A stretch of DNA of 64,000 nucleotides, taken from contig OZ024752.1 of NCBI GenBank assembly GCA_964016885.1, positions 3,038,001-3,102,000 on the forward strand, in the 5' to 3' direction. Below the pieces are notes generated by a model. That model was given only the letters and a program-made list of their open reading frames with translations. It was not told where the DNA came from and did not search any database. Origin of the DNA: Eledone cirrhosa. Lineage: Eukaryota. This document shows positions 1 through 11,985 of the stretch, piece after piece; position 1 is the stretch's first letter; each line of letters starts with the position of its first letter. Position numbers and translations under genes: made by a program.

Positions 1-23
1 TATATATATATGTGTGTGTGTGT

Positions 24-118
<95 letters not shown>
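1..118. repeat. (TA)n/(TG)n microsatellite
   Basis: Direct reading. Confidence 0.97.
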
Positions 119-122
<4 letters not shown>

Positions 123-510
123 AAATTTGGCTTCGTTTATTAAAGATGTACTGTGAACTCTTCAGGCAGTCCGAATTGGTGTGGTAGAGACAGGTACACA
201 TGATTCCAGTTCCTCAGAGAAATAACAACCCAACCAGGAGCCTGATATATCGGAGTATTGCCGAAGTAAAACACTTCAACAACAAGTGTACCACACCAAT
301 TCGGACTGCCTGAAGAGGTCACAGCCAATGATGGCTGTCACCCAAATATATATAGCAGTACATCCTTAATAAACGAAGCCAAATTTTAAATATTTGAATT
401 AATTATTTTACATTACTCCGGAGTAACCAAACCAACCTGCGTACTTCGTCGAGAGCTCCAATCTGCATACCGAGGTGTCGGTAAACAACCAACATATACT
501 CAAAATTGAT
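119..510. mobile_element. Fold-back hammerhead-bearing element (Penelope pLTR-like), family A copy 1
   Basis: TTTAAAATTTGGCTTCGTTTATTAAAGATGTACTG (~119-153) is inverted at ~357-391. A second arm pair lies at 153-186 / 289-324. A unique tail runs to ~510, the element is flanked by (TA)n, and it is homologous to 23421-23848. Confidence 0.8.
305..359 (+). ncRNA. Minimal type I hammerhead ribozyme motif (degenerate, G12>C)
   Basis: ACTGC-CTGAAGA-GGTCACAGCCA/TGGCTGTCACC-CAAA-TATATA-TA-GCAGT: stem I ACTGC/GCAGT, stem II hairpin, palindromic loop 3. Confidence 0.75.
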
Positions 511-533
511 ATATATATATATATATATAGTTA

Positions 534-685
534 CTAGCTGAGGTACCCTGCTGCACCCGGGAGAAAAGTTAAGTAAAGACGGATAAAAGAAAAAAACGAA
601 TGTATTGGATGTATTGTCTGGTTTACAGTATCAGGTGAGACCAGAATTTGTGTGCGTGTACGTGTGTGTGTATGTGTGTGTGATT

Positions 686-761
<76 letters not shown>

Positions 762-1358
762 AAAATCCTTATTAGGCTAATGGAGTAAACTGCCGATTAA
801 ATGGTAGCGTTGGCCTTGGATTTTAAATGTTCTGAAATAATCATAGTCCGTATGATATTTTTTTTAGCTCCAAAGGACGTCTGAAAAGCAGCAATATATT
901 GCATAACATTGCTTCTAAAGTGTATGGAAACAGTACATGGATAAAAGCTGGATGGTCATCTATCAGTGGAAGTCTGACCTTTCCTCTTAAGAAACACATG
1001 CCAAGTGTAATATCCATGCTACCAATCGCGACTTAAGGATCATTTCTCTAATTATTCGATTGATCATATGGAAACCCTTGCTATTAGCCAGTAAATGCTA
1101 CGTTGCAGATTCATTTCTGTTCGTCGGATTTGCATCGCAACTGTCATTGCCTCTTCGTGCTTTTCATATTGAACCTCTGTTTATTACGATAGTCTTTCTC
1201 CTTGTCTTAGTCATAGGTGAATTTCAACTAGTAACAAGTTTTACTATGTTCTGCAAATTCAAAGACTCGTGTAAGACGACTTTATAAAAGCTAACGCAAA
1301 ATTGTTAAACATTTACTGATACTTAGTAGTTTAAGCCGATACCAGACTTTAGCGGCGC

Positions 1359-1440
<82 letters not shown>

Positions 1441-1898
1441 CTATCTGTCTCACTCTATCTCTATCTCTATCTATCTATCTCTCTCTCTCTCTCTTTCTCT
1501 CTCTCTATCCGCCTCTCTCTCTCTATCTATATATCTCTGTCTCTCTCTGTCACTTTCTCTCTCTATCTCTCTAAGTATCTAACACTTTAATTGTATCCCT
1601 GTTTGTATAACGGAATTTCTCTCTCGCTGCTTCTCCCTCACTCCCTCTCTGTCTTTAGATGTATGTATGTGTGTGTATGTATGTGTGTTCGTTATGTCAG
1701 TCGTCATGGAAACGTATGTATACTCACACACACATACACTCTCATATACACTCACACACATATGTATATGTATTTGTAGATGTATATGCGTGTTTAATTA
1801 TCTGTGAAGTCTATTAGATTAAATATTTACGTGAAGATAATATGTATGCAACTTATTAACGTCTAACGCATGTAACGAACGTTTTATATATAGAGAGA
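534..1898 (-). mobile_element. Non-autonomous Helitron carrying an N-terminal RepHel fragment
   Basis: Minus strand begins A|TCTCTCTATATATAAAAC and ends with a GC hairpin then CTAG|T. Region ~775-1045 translates with frameshifts to GMCFLRGKVRLP..QYIAAFQTSFGAKK..TFKIQGQRYHLIGSLL. The 5' region is similar to 59860-60030. Confidence 0.85.
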
Positions 1899-2113
1899 TA
1901 TATAAAACGCAAATAACAAAACACAAGGCTAAAAAATGAATACATTATTTATTTGATTTACATACAGAAAACATCGGAATCAGTCTTATACAAAATATCA
2001 AACGTATATATTTATCGGCCGTGTCAGTACGCCATAATGATTACTGCGTCAAAAATATAAATAAGGTTTTTCCTTAAGATTAAAGTGCAGGGATTATACA
2101 CACACACACACAC

Positions 2114-2224
<111 letters not shown>

Positions 2225-2245
2225 TATATAGATATATATATATAC

Positions 2246-2294
<49 letters not shown>

Positions 2295-2299
2295 AGTAC

Positions 2300-2392
<93 letters not shown>

Positions 2393-2395
<3 letters not shown>

Positions 2396-2459
2396 CCTTT
2401 TAACTCTTTTACCTGTTCTACCCATCCGTCTGAGGCCATGCTGGGGCAGTACACTTGAG
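2393..2459 (-). mobile_element. SINE/LINE-like 3' tail fused to the U6 copy
   Basis: Minus strand reads CTCAAGTGTACTGCCCCAGCATGGCCTCAG..AACAGGTAAAAGAGTTAAAAGG, ending in short tandem AAAAG units. It resembles a common octopus SINE 3' end from memory, not from a search. Confidence 0.55.
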
Positions 2460-2546
2460 AAAATATGGAATGCTCCATGAATTTGCGTGTCATCCTTGTG
2501 CGGGGGCCTGGCTAATATTCTCTCTATCGTTCCAAATTTAAAATAT

Positions 2547-2551
<5 letters not shown>
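2460..2551 (-). pseudogene. U6: U6 snRNA retropseudogene (5'-truncated, diverged)
   Basis: Minus strand AGTACATATTTTAAATTTGGAACGATAGAGAGAATATTAGCCAGGCCCCCGCACAAGGATGACACGCAAATTCATGGAGCATTCCATATTTT aligns to U6 from about nt 15 to the end. The ACAGAGA box is mutated to AGAGAGA. Confidence 0.93.
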
Positions 2552-2613
<62 letters not shown>

Positions 2614-2624
2614 TTATATGTATT

Positions 2625-4580
2625 TATTTATTAAAATAACAGATTAAAGTTTAAGAAAAGAATCGCTGCTTTCACCCTTAACTGGATCTACTGAAACTAA
2701 AAAATCAATCTGTGAATGCAGAAGTAAAAGTTTCGAAAATCGTTGCAAACCAAGGAAGACGATACTTTGGTTCGTGGAAACGTTCCCTGGCAATGAACGA
2801 AAAAAACGAAGATAATACGTCATTATGTGGACCGTTGAGATCAATTACACGCAAAGACAAAACCACGTAAATGGTATAACTGAAGTCGTAGACTAAAATT
2901 TTATTTAGGAAACCGGTTGATTCTCGGCTTCAGTGTTAAGAATATATAAATAAATTCCTCAGGTTATTGAAATCAACGATAATTAAATATATAAATGCAC
3001 GCATCCATATACGTACATACAGATACATACGCGAAAACACCGGCCATGGTTATGCAGAGGTTAAGAAAAGAATGGGTATGCATATAAAGACGCTGCTTGA
3101 ATCTATTGGCGGTTAACCCTGTGTAGGTCCTATGGGACGTGGCTGTCTCAACCTTACATTTGTAGACAATGTTACTAGAGAGGCATTTCCCGGATAGGGG
3201 GCAGTCAACCCGATTCCTACAATTACAGTTAGTACTAACTACAGGGTTGCACGTGTTCCTACGACTAGGTAATTTAGAAGAATTTGAAGCAGTGATGTTA
3301 TGTGCAAGGTTTGGAATCGTAGAGTAAGAAATGTTAATGGTATTTCTATTAAAAATGTTATTATATTTATCTGCTGGGGAGAAATGCTTCATAATAAGGG
3401 AGAGAAAGATCTTAGCTAATGGTGTGGCCACTTCCATTTTATATGGTGGGTTATCCCATATAATGCGTCGGGATCTATTTTTCCTAGGTCTATGCTCATA
3501 CTCGGTATATGCTACCTTATCGACAAATCCACTCTGAGCAAGAGCTTGATTGTAATATGTCGAATGGTCAGTGAAAGTATGCTCGTTTTTAGATAGACGG
3601 GAAAGCCTCAAAGAAACGTTTCTTATCAGGTTCTTGGTTATGCTGGCAGGATGGTTAGAATGCATGCTTATGTAATTAAGTGTATCATTCGGCTTTCTAT
3701 ACGGGTTGAGCAAGCCATTCGACAAATTGAGGGTAACGTCGAAGTACTTAACGACCGTGAGGTTGGCCTCAAACTGTATGGAGAGGTTGAAGCCTTTAAA
3801 TAAAGCTGGGAGTTGTTTTTTTAATCTGTCGCAAGCCCCTGGGCCGCACTTTGTCATAATCAAAAGACCGTCATCACCGTACAAACCAGCGTCCACGTTT
3901 TCTCTATCAATAAATTCTTCATTGATAGAGAAAAGAAGTAAAAGGCCGATAAGATCAGTAACCTCCGCTGAATCGCTGGCGCCCATACTCACATCGAATG
4001 GGGTACTATTAGATTTTTTTAATCCAAATTGATTCGTCGAAATTAATTACCTACTTACGGGCATTGAGGATGACATCAACTTGGAAATCTGTATCCACCG
4101 TGAGCGTTTTAGCGAAATTGATATCTCTAAGAAGGAGTGGTAAAGTGATAGAGGAGTAGTAATTATTGATGTCGAATTGGATAAAACGGCAATGTTCCTA
4201 GTTGCATATGCCGTTGAACCAATCAATCACCGCGAAAGAATTGTTTCACAGTGCAAGAGGGGCCAATCTTCTAATTTCAGGTATAATTCTATCTAATATC
4301 CTTTTACTAAGTCTACCTAAATCGGACTTCGTAGGGTTAATATGTCGAATAGATGCGTTGTTGGGGAAATTGGATTTGTGATCCTTCAGGGTAAAGTGGG
4401 AATAAATAGGGTCCAAAGGATCAGTCCGGTGCATGATATTGAGATCAGAGGTGATTTTAAACCTAGCATCGTTGATGTCATTAATGACACACCGATTAGT
4501 TTTACGGTAATCCTTAGTTACAGCATTATGTAGCAATTAATGGTAAGTACTGCGCTGCACTTGATATAGATTGCCAGTAC
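2625..4580 (-). mobile_element. Penelope-like retroelement, Naiad clade, 5'-truncated and degraded (RT + CxCx5Cx5C + GIY-YIG)
   Basis: ORFs 4246-4536 and 2973-3992 contain TLKDHKSNF..INPTKSDLG, MGASDSAEV, GLYGDDGL, YRKPN..SNHP, CNCRNRVDCPLSGKC and VYKC..YTGLT..FKQR..H. Stops and frameshifts are present, and the endonuclease end is deleted at ~3060. Confidence 0.9.
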
Positions 4581-4993
4581 AGTACGAACTATACGCGGAT
4601 AATTTACGTCTTGATGTGGTAGTTAAGTATATTTTATATTTATACCATTACTTATTTTTATAGGTAATTATATATTACCTTTATATTTTGTGAAGGTACG
4701 TATATTTTCTCGTAAGTATATATGCCTGTATTTGTTATAGGCGTATATATTATATTACATATACTGGTACATGTGTATATAGTTATATGTATACGCGAAT
4801 CGTGCGTGTGTGTGTGTATACGGATTTGCACGTATTTAGGGTGTGTGTATTTGTTGTATTTTGTGTTTTGGTTGCCGTACGTTTAGCGAATATATGTGTA
4901 TTTACATGTAGGTGTGTGTGTACGCGCGTTATATACGTATTTATGTGTGTATATTTATATATGTTTATATAATTATATGTATGCGCGCACGCA

Positions 4994-5044
<51 letters not shown>

Positions 5045-5176
5045 ACACACACATGTATATATATGTTTTATATATGTTTTATGTGTATTTGGTCTATACG
5101 TTCGTATGTGTGCGGGTACAGGCGTTGCGTTGGTTTTTGTATGTGTACGCGTTTTATCGTGTGCGTGCCTGTATTT

Positions 5177-5745
5177 GCATACCTATGGCGGGTGTTTTCG
5201 CGTATGCATGTGTATGTACGTATATGGTTGCGTGCATGTAGATATTTAATTATTGTTGATTTCAATAACCTCTGTAATTTATTTCCATTATTCTTAACTT
5301 TGAAGACGAGAATCATTCGGTTTCCTAAATAGAATTTTAGTCTACGAATTCAGCTATACCATAAACAGGGTGTTGTCTTTGCGTGTAATTGTTCTTAACG
5401 ATCCACATAATTACGTATTATCTTCGATTTTTCCGTTCATTGCCAGGGAAATCTCCACGAACAACTTAATATAATATTAGTCTACGACTTCATTTATATC
5501 ATAAACGTGGTTTTGTCTTTGCGTGTAATTGTTTTCATGACGTATTATCTTCGTTTTTTCCGTACTTTGCCAGGGAACGTTTCCACGAAACAAAGCATCG
5601 TCTTCCTGTCTTCCTTCGGTTGTAACGTCTTTCGAAATATTTACTTCTGCGTTCACAGATTGATTTTTTTAGCTTCAGAATATCCCGTTAAGGTTGAAAG
5701 CAGCGATTATATGCTTAAACTTTAATGTTATTTTAATAAATGTTA
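5177..5745 (+). mobile_element. Inverted copy of the Naiad 3' terminal region (pLTR-like), with an internal ~140-bp tandem duplication
   Basis: Diverged reverse complement of ~2625-3058. The unit TTAGTCTACGA...CCACGAA occurs twice (~5337-5461 and ~5477-5590). Confidence 0.8.
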
Positions 5746-5930
5746 TTTTAATAAATATTTGCTCTACGGTTCTTATATATTTGATATATATTTATCCTTA
5801 TCGAGAACTCATTGGATTTTAGTCTTCATATTCACTATTATTACTATATATATATATAATATATATATACTATATATATATATATTACTATATATATATA
5901 TTACTATAGATATATATACTATATATATAG

Positions 5931-5985
5931 TACCAGTAATGCACTGGGTAATTGCTGGCCTTGTGCCTAAAGTAGAAACAATTAT
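5931..5985 (+). mobile_element. 3' fragment of the main tRNA-derived SINE
   Basis: TACCAGTAATGCACTGGG..GCTGGCCTTGTGCCTAAAGTAGAAACAATT matches 59693-59746. Confidence 0.85.
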
Positions 5986-7381
5986 TACTATATATATATA
6001 TTATTACTATATATATATATTATTACTATATATATATATTATTACTATATATATATATATATAGAATCACTATTAACTGCATAGAGTAAACTGTACTCTT
6101 TTGATGTTTATGTCCAGGAAATTCAAATTGAAACTGATGTAGTTGATTAGATAAGCCAGGCATTTATCGCGGATCCTTTGAAAATCCATATCATCCAACC
6201 CCACCCCTAAATTCTGGCTATAAACCTTTGTTGGTGAAATTCCATGAAAAGGGCCTTTTTTTAAAGCGTGGGATTGACTGTTTAGGGTATACAGCTTGTT
6301 TGCTTATTCAGTTTAGACGAGGTTATTCTAAGCGTAAATTCAAATAGAGTGAGAGAAGACGCGTGTACATAAACTCTCTTAATTTTCACATATTGGTTAC
6401 AAGAAAGAAATATCTGGAAATTCAATCAATGAAATGATGTAACTTTAGGCACATATAATGTAAAGTTGTATTTATATTTATATTTCATCTTACGAACATT
6501 AAATTTCGTCTTCACTCTCGGTTATGAATCTCGTTTTTAATACCTAACATATTTATTTTTTCCTGAGTCCTTTGTTCAGCTTACTACATCTCACACCTGT
6601 CAACTCTTTCCGTCCGACGGGGAGATGTCCCACCCACTCGGGGTGGCTGATATATGTCTTCACTTGTGAAAATGGGTATAGCTTTCATTAAGTACAATAT
6701 TCCCGGTTTGCCTCATTTCTCCTAGTTTTGGGGCACATTTTTTCATGGTACTCTCCATTTGGGGTTTTAGAGATTGGCAGGTCTTATTGAATAAACATTT
6801 TGAACCTTCATAAATCATTTATTTAATAATTTCAAATTATATTATGATGGTATTAGATGCGTTGTGTTGTTTTTATTTTATTTTATAATATTTCATTTAA
6901 TCTTTGATTATTTTTTTGTAACAAAGTAGGACGTGCGACACACTTGTTGTTCGATAATATTTATAATCTGTAGTTTGAAGAATTCAAGATTTGCAGAATA
7001 CGGCTTCCTTTAAGATGACACGTTTTAGGATTAGAACAATTTCCGCAAGTATTTGTCATTACAAGAATTTACGATATCACAAGGAAATTTTATTAATCAT
7101 TTTATTATATAATTTTCTTATTAATGTTATAATCATCGTCGTTTTGTAAATTCAATATCTGTTTATTTCATAGGAGAAAAATTACAGCAAGAAATCTTTA
7201 CTAGAATGTTTTCTCCTACAAAAAATAACATACTCAATGACATTTTATCGTCACAATTCTCCCGATATAGAGCCATTAAAAACATTTAGGATTTTATATT
7301 TTATGTTGATCATATTTGTTCAGATGTTTTTCTCCATCAATATCATGTAAATATTTCAACATTGGGGCACGTTTACAAAAT

Positions 7382-8335
7382 CTAAGTTTCCAATTTATTT
7401 TCTGGGTCAACTGTTGGAAAGGAAACATTTCTTTTATTTATAACTGTCAATGAACGTGGAATTGATAGGAAGCAGTGTTTCGTCCTCATACTGTGTAATC
7501 TTTACACGGGTACGCACTAACATGGGTATGTATTAACTGGTACACAGGCACAGAACCACACAGGAACGCACAGGCACGCTCACACAAATACATACATTTA
7601 CACACACACACACATATACATATTCTGTGTGTTGTGTATGTATGTGTGTGTGTGTTTGCGTGCTTGTGTGTGTATGTATGTGTCTGTGTGCTTGTGTGTG
7701 CGTGTTTGTGCGCTTGTGTGTGCGTGTTTGTGCGTATTTATATAGTGTTAGCGTTAGTGGCCTTGGAAATATTAGCGGTTACCTTTCTCGTTTTGAATAA
7801 TTTATTTCACATTTCTAAATTTATTAATATACTTATCTCTGATTTCATAGTGTGATGTGAGTTCATTTAGTTAATGTGTGTCTGCATCTTGCCAAACCAT
7901 TTCAGCAAATTGCCCACAAACTAATTCTGCCGGACTTACGTGTAGGAAGATATAGTATATCTTCATTTCTAGTGCATTTCATTTGTATTTGTACACTAGT
8001 CAAGTCGGTGTAAACTAGTTCGTCTCTGGTCATTTCATCTTTTATAGTTTATTGATGTAGAATCTGAATTTTTCGTAGTACTCAGTGTAAACATGTGTCT
8101 CTGATAATTTATCTCAGCAATGTGCTGTGCATGAAATGTATACATGGAAAGAGATTCTCTAATCCTGAATTTGGTAAATATGAAAATAATCAATAAAACA
8201 AGAGAGGGTATACATACGATTTCAACACTTAATCTCTCTATGTAGATGTTTGAATCCTGTTGTCATCAAATTAAATGGAATCATGCTGTTCAATTTTACC
8301 AAGTTGAGACGGAAATTATGTCTTCACACAGTACA
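7382..8335 (-). pseudogene. Cytoplasmic-tail exons of a putative receptor pseudogene with ITIM-like LVYTDL
   Basis: Three AG..GT-bounded phase-1 exons: 8335-8300 (xYCVKT*FPSQL), 8063-7940 (DSTSINYK[+1 nt]DEMTRDELVYTDLTSVQIQMKCTRNEDILYLPT) and 7410-7382 (LDPENKLET*). Confidence 0.55.
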
Positions 8336-8539
8336 CTGTTGAAAAGTTCAGTAAATATTGGAGTAATTCAAGCAAAAGCAGTTACATCTCTACTTTGTTT
8401 CACACGATCTCAATACACACTATATGAGTTCCTGCTATCGTATTTCGATGATTTTTTCATTGCTATATCTTCTTACATATATATTATCTAATACATATTC
8501 ATTCATAATAAAGTGTTTTTAACCATAAATACTATATAA

Positions 8540-9290
8540 TATACCCTCTGGGTAACGTACTCTTAATCATAATGGAAAATTAACACATGGCATATCACCC
8601 GCTTTCGATGTGGTGAGATGGGGACTATAAAGAAAAGGGAAATTAGAAGACTTCAAGTAATGTAAACATTTCGAAAACCTTTATTTACACTGATACCGAC
8701 GAATATGATCAGATTGACCACCACGCTAGGGAGGAGTGATCTATTTGAACACATTCCACCTCACAACATTGAATGAAAAGTTCATAGCAATCAATGTCTT
8801 GATGAATTAACGTGATGTTATATGAAATTTTCGTAACTTGTATTATGATTTATATTTTAGGTTTTATATAATATATATTATGTATTACGGCATAATGTAT
8901 GATATAAAGTATAAAATATATACTTTATACTTTATAAAGTATAAAGTATAAATTATATACTTTATACTTTATAGCATACATTATGTATTATAGTTCATAA
9001 TGTTACTTTGAGATATTACAAATGTACTTTGAGATATTACGTGACCTTTGATGGTCTGTATAATAGTCTAAGTAATTAATTACATACTTCAAATAATTAC
9101 TCATACGTATTACTTAGTACAATTATCCACTCGTAGTTTGGATTTTACCTTTTATATTTGATCTGTTTTATGATATATACTTTATGAATTATGTATTAAG
9201 GCATATAATATATATTTTATATTATATCCTGGATAATTCGTGACCCATTTGACACACCAGTTAATTAATTACTAACAACTAATTAATTAC
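8540..9290 (+). repeat. Unclassified AT-rich dispersed repeat
   Basis: Diverged inverted homolog at ~46990-47750 (for example ATATGATCAGAT..CCACCTCACA..AATGTCTTG and AATTATCCACTCGTAGT). Confidence 0.6.
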
Positions 9291-9324
9291 ATCTATTGTT
9301 CATTGTTGTAAATATAATAAGTCT

Positions 9325-9326
9325 TC

Positions 9327-9358
<32 letters not shown>

Positions 9359-9457
9359 CTTCTTTTTCTTTTTCTTTTTCTTCTTCTTCGTCTTCTTCTT
9401 CTTTTACTTTTTCTTTTTCTTCATCTTCTTCTTCGTCTTCTTATTATTATTATTATT
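9325..9457. repeat. (CTT)n/(ATT)n microsatellite
   Basis: Direct reading; it produces a spurious poly-Leu ORF. Confidence 0.9.
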
Positions 9458-9659
9458 GTCAGTCTGTTCGGACGCTTTTTGCTAGCTCCCAGTAAGTCGC
9501 TTTATTTGCCTGTTAAAATTATTTGTTGTTAAATAGTTCTTGTTGTGTAAGGGATATAAGCCCTTAGACTTTGCCCTGTGAAGGGGAAAGTATAATATTT
9601 GGGCCTTTGGCACAAATATTTGAAAATTTTACTTTAAAAATAAAATAAAAAAAATAAAA

Positions 9660-11640
9660 AAACATGGCTGAGCCACGCCCCCAGCAATATGTCTGCTGTT
9701 GTCTGACAACGGCGTAAAAGTTGAGAGGAGTGTTACAAACATTGTTTCAAAAGACACCACCACAAACAACGTGAACAAAGACAGCACTGAGAACATTAAT
9801 TTCAAAAATATTACCACACCAATTACAACAATAACAGCGTCAAGCAAAATACAGACAACTGAAAAAAAATGACAACAAATGCAACAACGATATTAACACC
9901 ACTGACAAGAGAAGAAACTACGACAACACCAACAGCACCAATGCAAATTGCACCGAAAACAACAACAACGGTGGCACCAAAATACAACCAACTACAACGG
10001 TGATAACAGCAACAACACCAACAACACCGTTTGTAGCAGTAGCAGCAGCAACAACATCAACAACAAGACTGTATCGGGAGCAATAATGGTGCTGCTGGAA
10101 AAGCGGCCACTTCTTTCACAGGTGTGGCCCGAAATATAGAAACGGTGCTAGTCACAGAGGAGGAGATGGCAATCGCAAGAGCCATGCTTTTGAGAAACGA
10201 CAGCAGAGTTTCCCTGAAACCTCCACTCGATTTCTTCAAAGACCAGAAACTTCGCGCGGTGACTTACCGCACCGTAAGCAAAATGTCGCATCGGGTGGAG
10301 AGAACCACGGAGGCTCAAATCCAAAAGGCCTTGGGGTGAGACTGGGCGCGCAAAACTTACATCGCCCGAGGCAAAAAGTACACCACAGTAGACGTACCCC
10401 CCCCTCCAAGAGGCGAAGTTTCACTCTTTGGAAACCCTAAAGAGATAGGAGATAGGCTTGGTGCCCTCCTACTGCGGGCAGAAAATTGTGAGGGTCAAAG
10501 TGACCCAGTTCCAACGTAACGTGCACATACCTTGGCTTGCCGCGCCTGTACTGGCTGGAATCGAGGAGAAGAACCACCATACTGCAAATACAATGAATGA
10601 GAAGAGAGAACTGGTCAAGAATAGGCATGGAAATGCTAATGCAGACTGACCAGGTGTGCAACGAAGCCATCCCAGACCTCATAGACCTTGAAGAAGGGCT
10701 CCAACTCGCTATAAGCGTGGAAGAAAGGCGCCCAAATTGCTATCTCTGAGGGCAGAAGGGTCATTTCAGGACCATCTGCCCGAAGAAGACATCCAAGAAA
10801 ACCCCCCCTACACACACACATTCCTTCCGGCGCCTGATCCGCTGATACCAAGAGCATGGCACGCTACAGAGGCAGAAGACCCTTCCATGGTGAGAAGGTT
10901 GGCAACGTCCGTGGCACCCATACCAAGGCCACGGACAGCTAAAGCAGCGGCAGCTGTGGCGGCAACACCAACAGTCGCAGTAGCTACGCCGTCGGCAAAA
11001 TCGCCGGAGCGATCTCCACTACAACCACCAACAGGAGTGGAGCTCATGCCCTTCCCGGACGTCACGGGAACCGAGAGGGAGTGTGAGGCGGGGAGGGGGA
11101 GTGACAAACGGTCTGCCACAAAAAGAAAAAAGAAAAACACCCTTAGCTTCACCCTCCAAAAGCGAAGGCTGACAAAGAGGGGTAAAGGCTGCAAGGAGAC
11201 TTGTAGCAACATCACCACAAGCATCACGAACAACAATAACCACACCTCCACCAGCATCACCAAAAACACCAAAATCGCAAACACAACAAAACACACACTC
11301 CCAACAGCAACAACAAGAAAACAGCAACAAAATCGCCCCTCCCCCCAAAAATACACAACCATACAACACATAAAGTAGCACACAGACATCACAGGAAAAA
11401 ACTACTACAGCCCACCAACACCAAGAACTTTCCCGTCAAACATAAGCATCATAGAAATCTCAATAAAACATCACAAACTTTAAAAGCAAAAATTCCCGAA
11501 CGCATTTGGAGACTTCAGAGGATCGGTTACCAAGAGGATATACACCGACATCATCTTGGAAACACCCATGACCAGCCAAAGGGACGGTTCTACTGTCCCT
11601 TCACCACACGATAAAGGTAAGTGATCCTTTCTCACTTGCC
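9660..11640 (+). mobile_element. Decayed L1/Tx1-like ORF1 (gag-like zinc knuckle) element without ORF2
   Basis: Frameshifted ORF pieces at 10124-11378 include ISVEERRPNCYL*GQKGHFRTICP (CX2CX4HX4C with Cys>TGA, ~10710-10782), flanked by CAA-rich low-complexity sequence. Confidence 0.6.
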
Positions 11641-11652
11641 CCGTTTTGTTCC

Positions 11653-11985
11653 TCAAGGTGAGCTGTATCTTTCATTTGTTTTCCATGGGGCATGTACATT
11701 ATGAACTATTTCTTCGGCCCAGATCTGTTCCCATAATTCTTGCACTTTCTCCTTGGGTGGTATTGTTGACTCGCCAATTTTTCTGTAGAAGTTTATTTGA
11801 TTGTTTTTGAACATATGATTGTCCTTATAGAATATAGATCGTTTTTCAAAGCGCCTTATACGAGCAGCTTTGGCCGACACTTTTTGCTTATTTCTATCAG
11901 CATGTCTATGTCACTTGTTGATTTTATACTGTATTTCCTTTTCAATTTTCTAAGTTTAGTTTGTTTAACATTTTCACCTAGAGGT
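11653..11985 (-). mobile_element. Dong/R4-clade non-LTR retrotransposon internal fragment
   Basis: AKAARIRRFEKRSIFYKDNHMFKNN..FYRKI..PPKEKVQELWEQIW..HN..APW is the typical pre-RT region of R4/Dong. Confidence 0.75.

Noticed and set aside
2460-2551. Functional U6 gene
   Set aside because: The 5' stem-loop is missing, the ACAGAGA box is mutated, and the upstream sequence is (TA)n with no promoter.
10738-10779. TGA at a zinc-knuckle Cys position as possible selenocysteine
   Set aside because: The surrounding ORF has multiple other stops and frameshifts, so a single TGY>TGA mutation is the simpler explanation.
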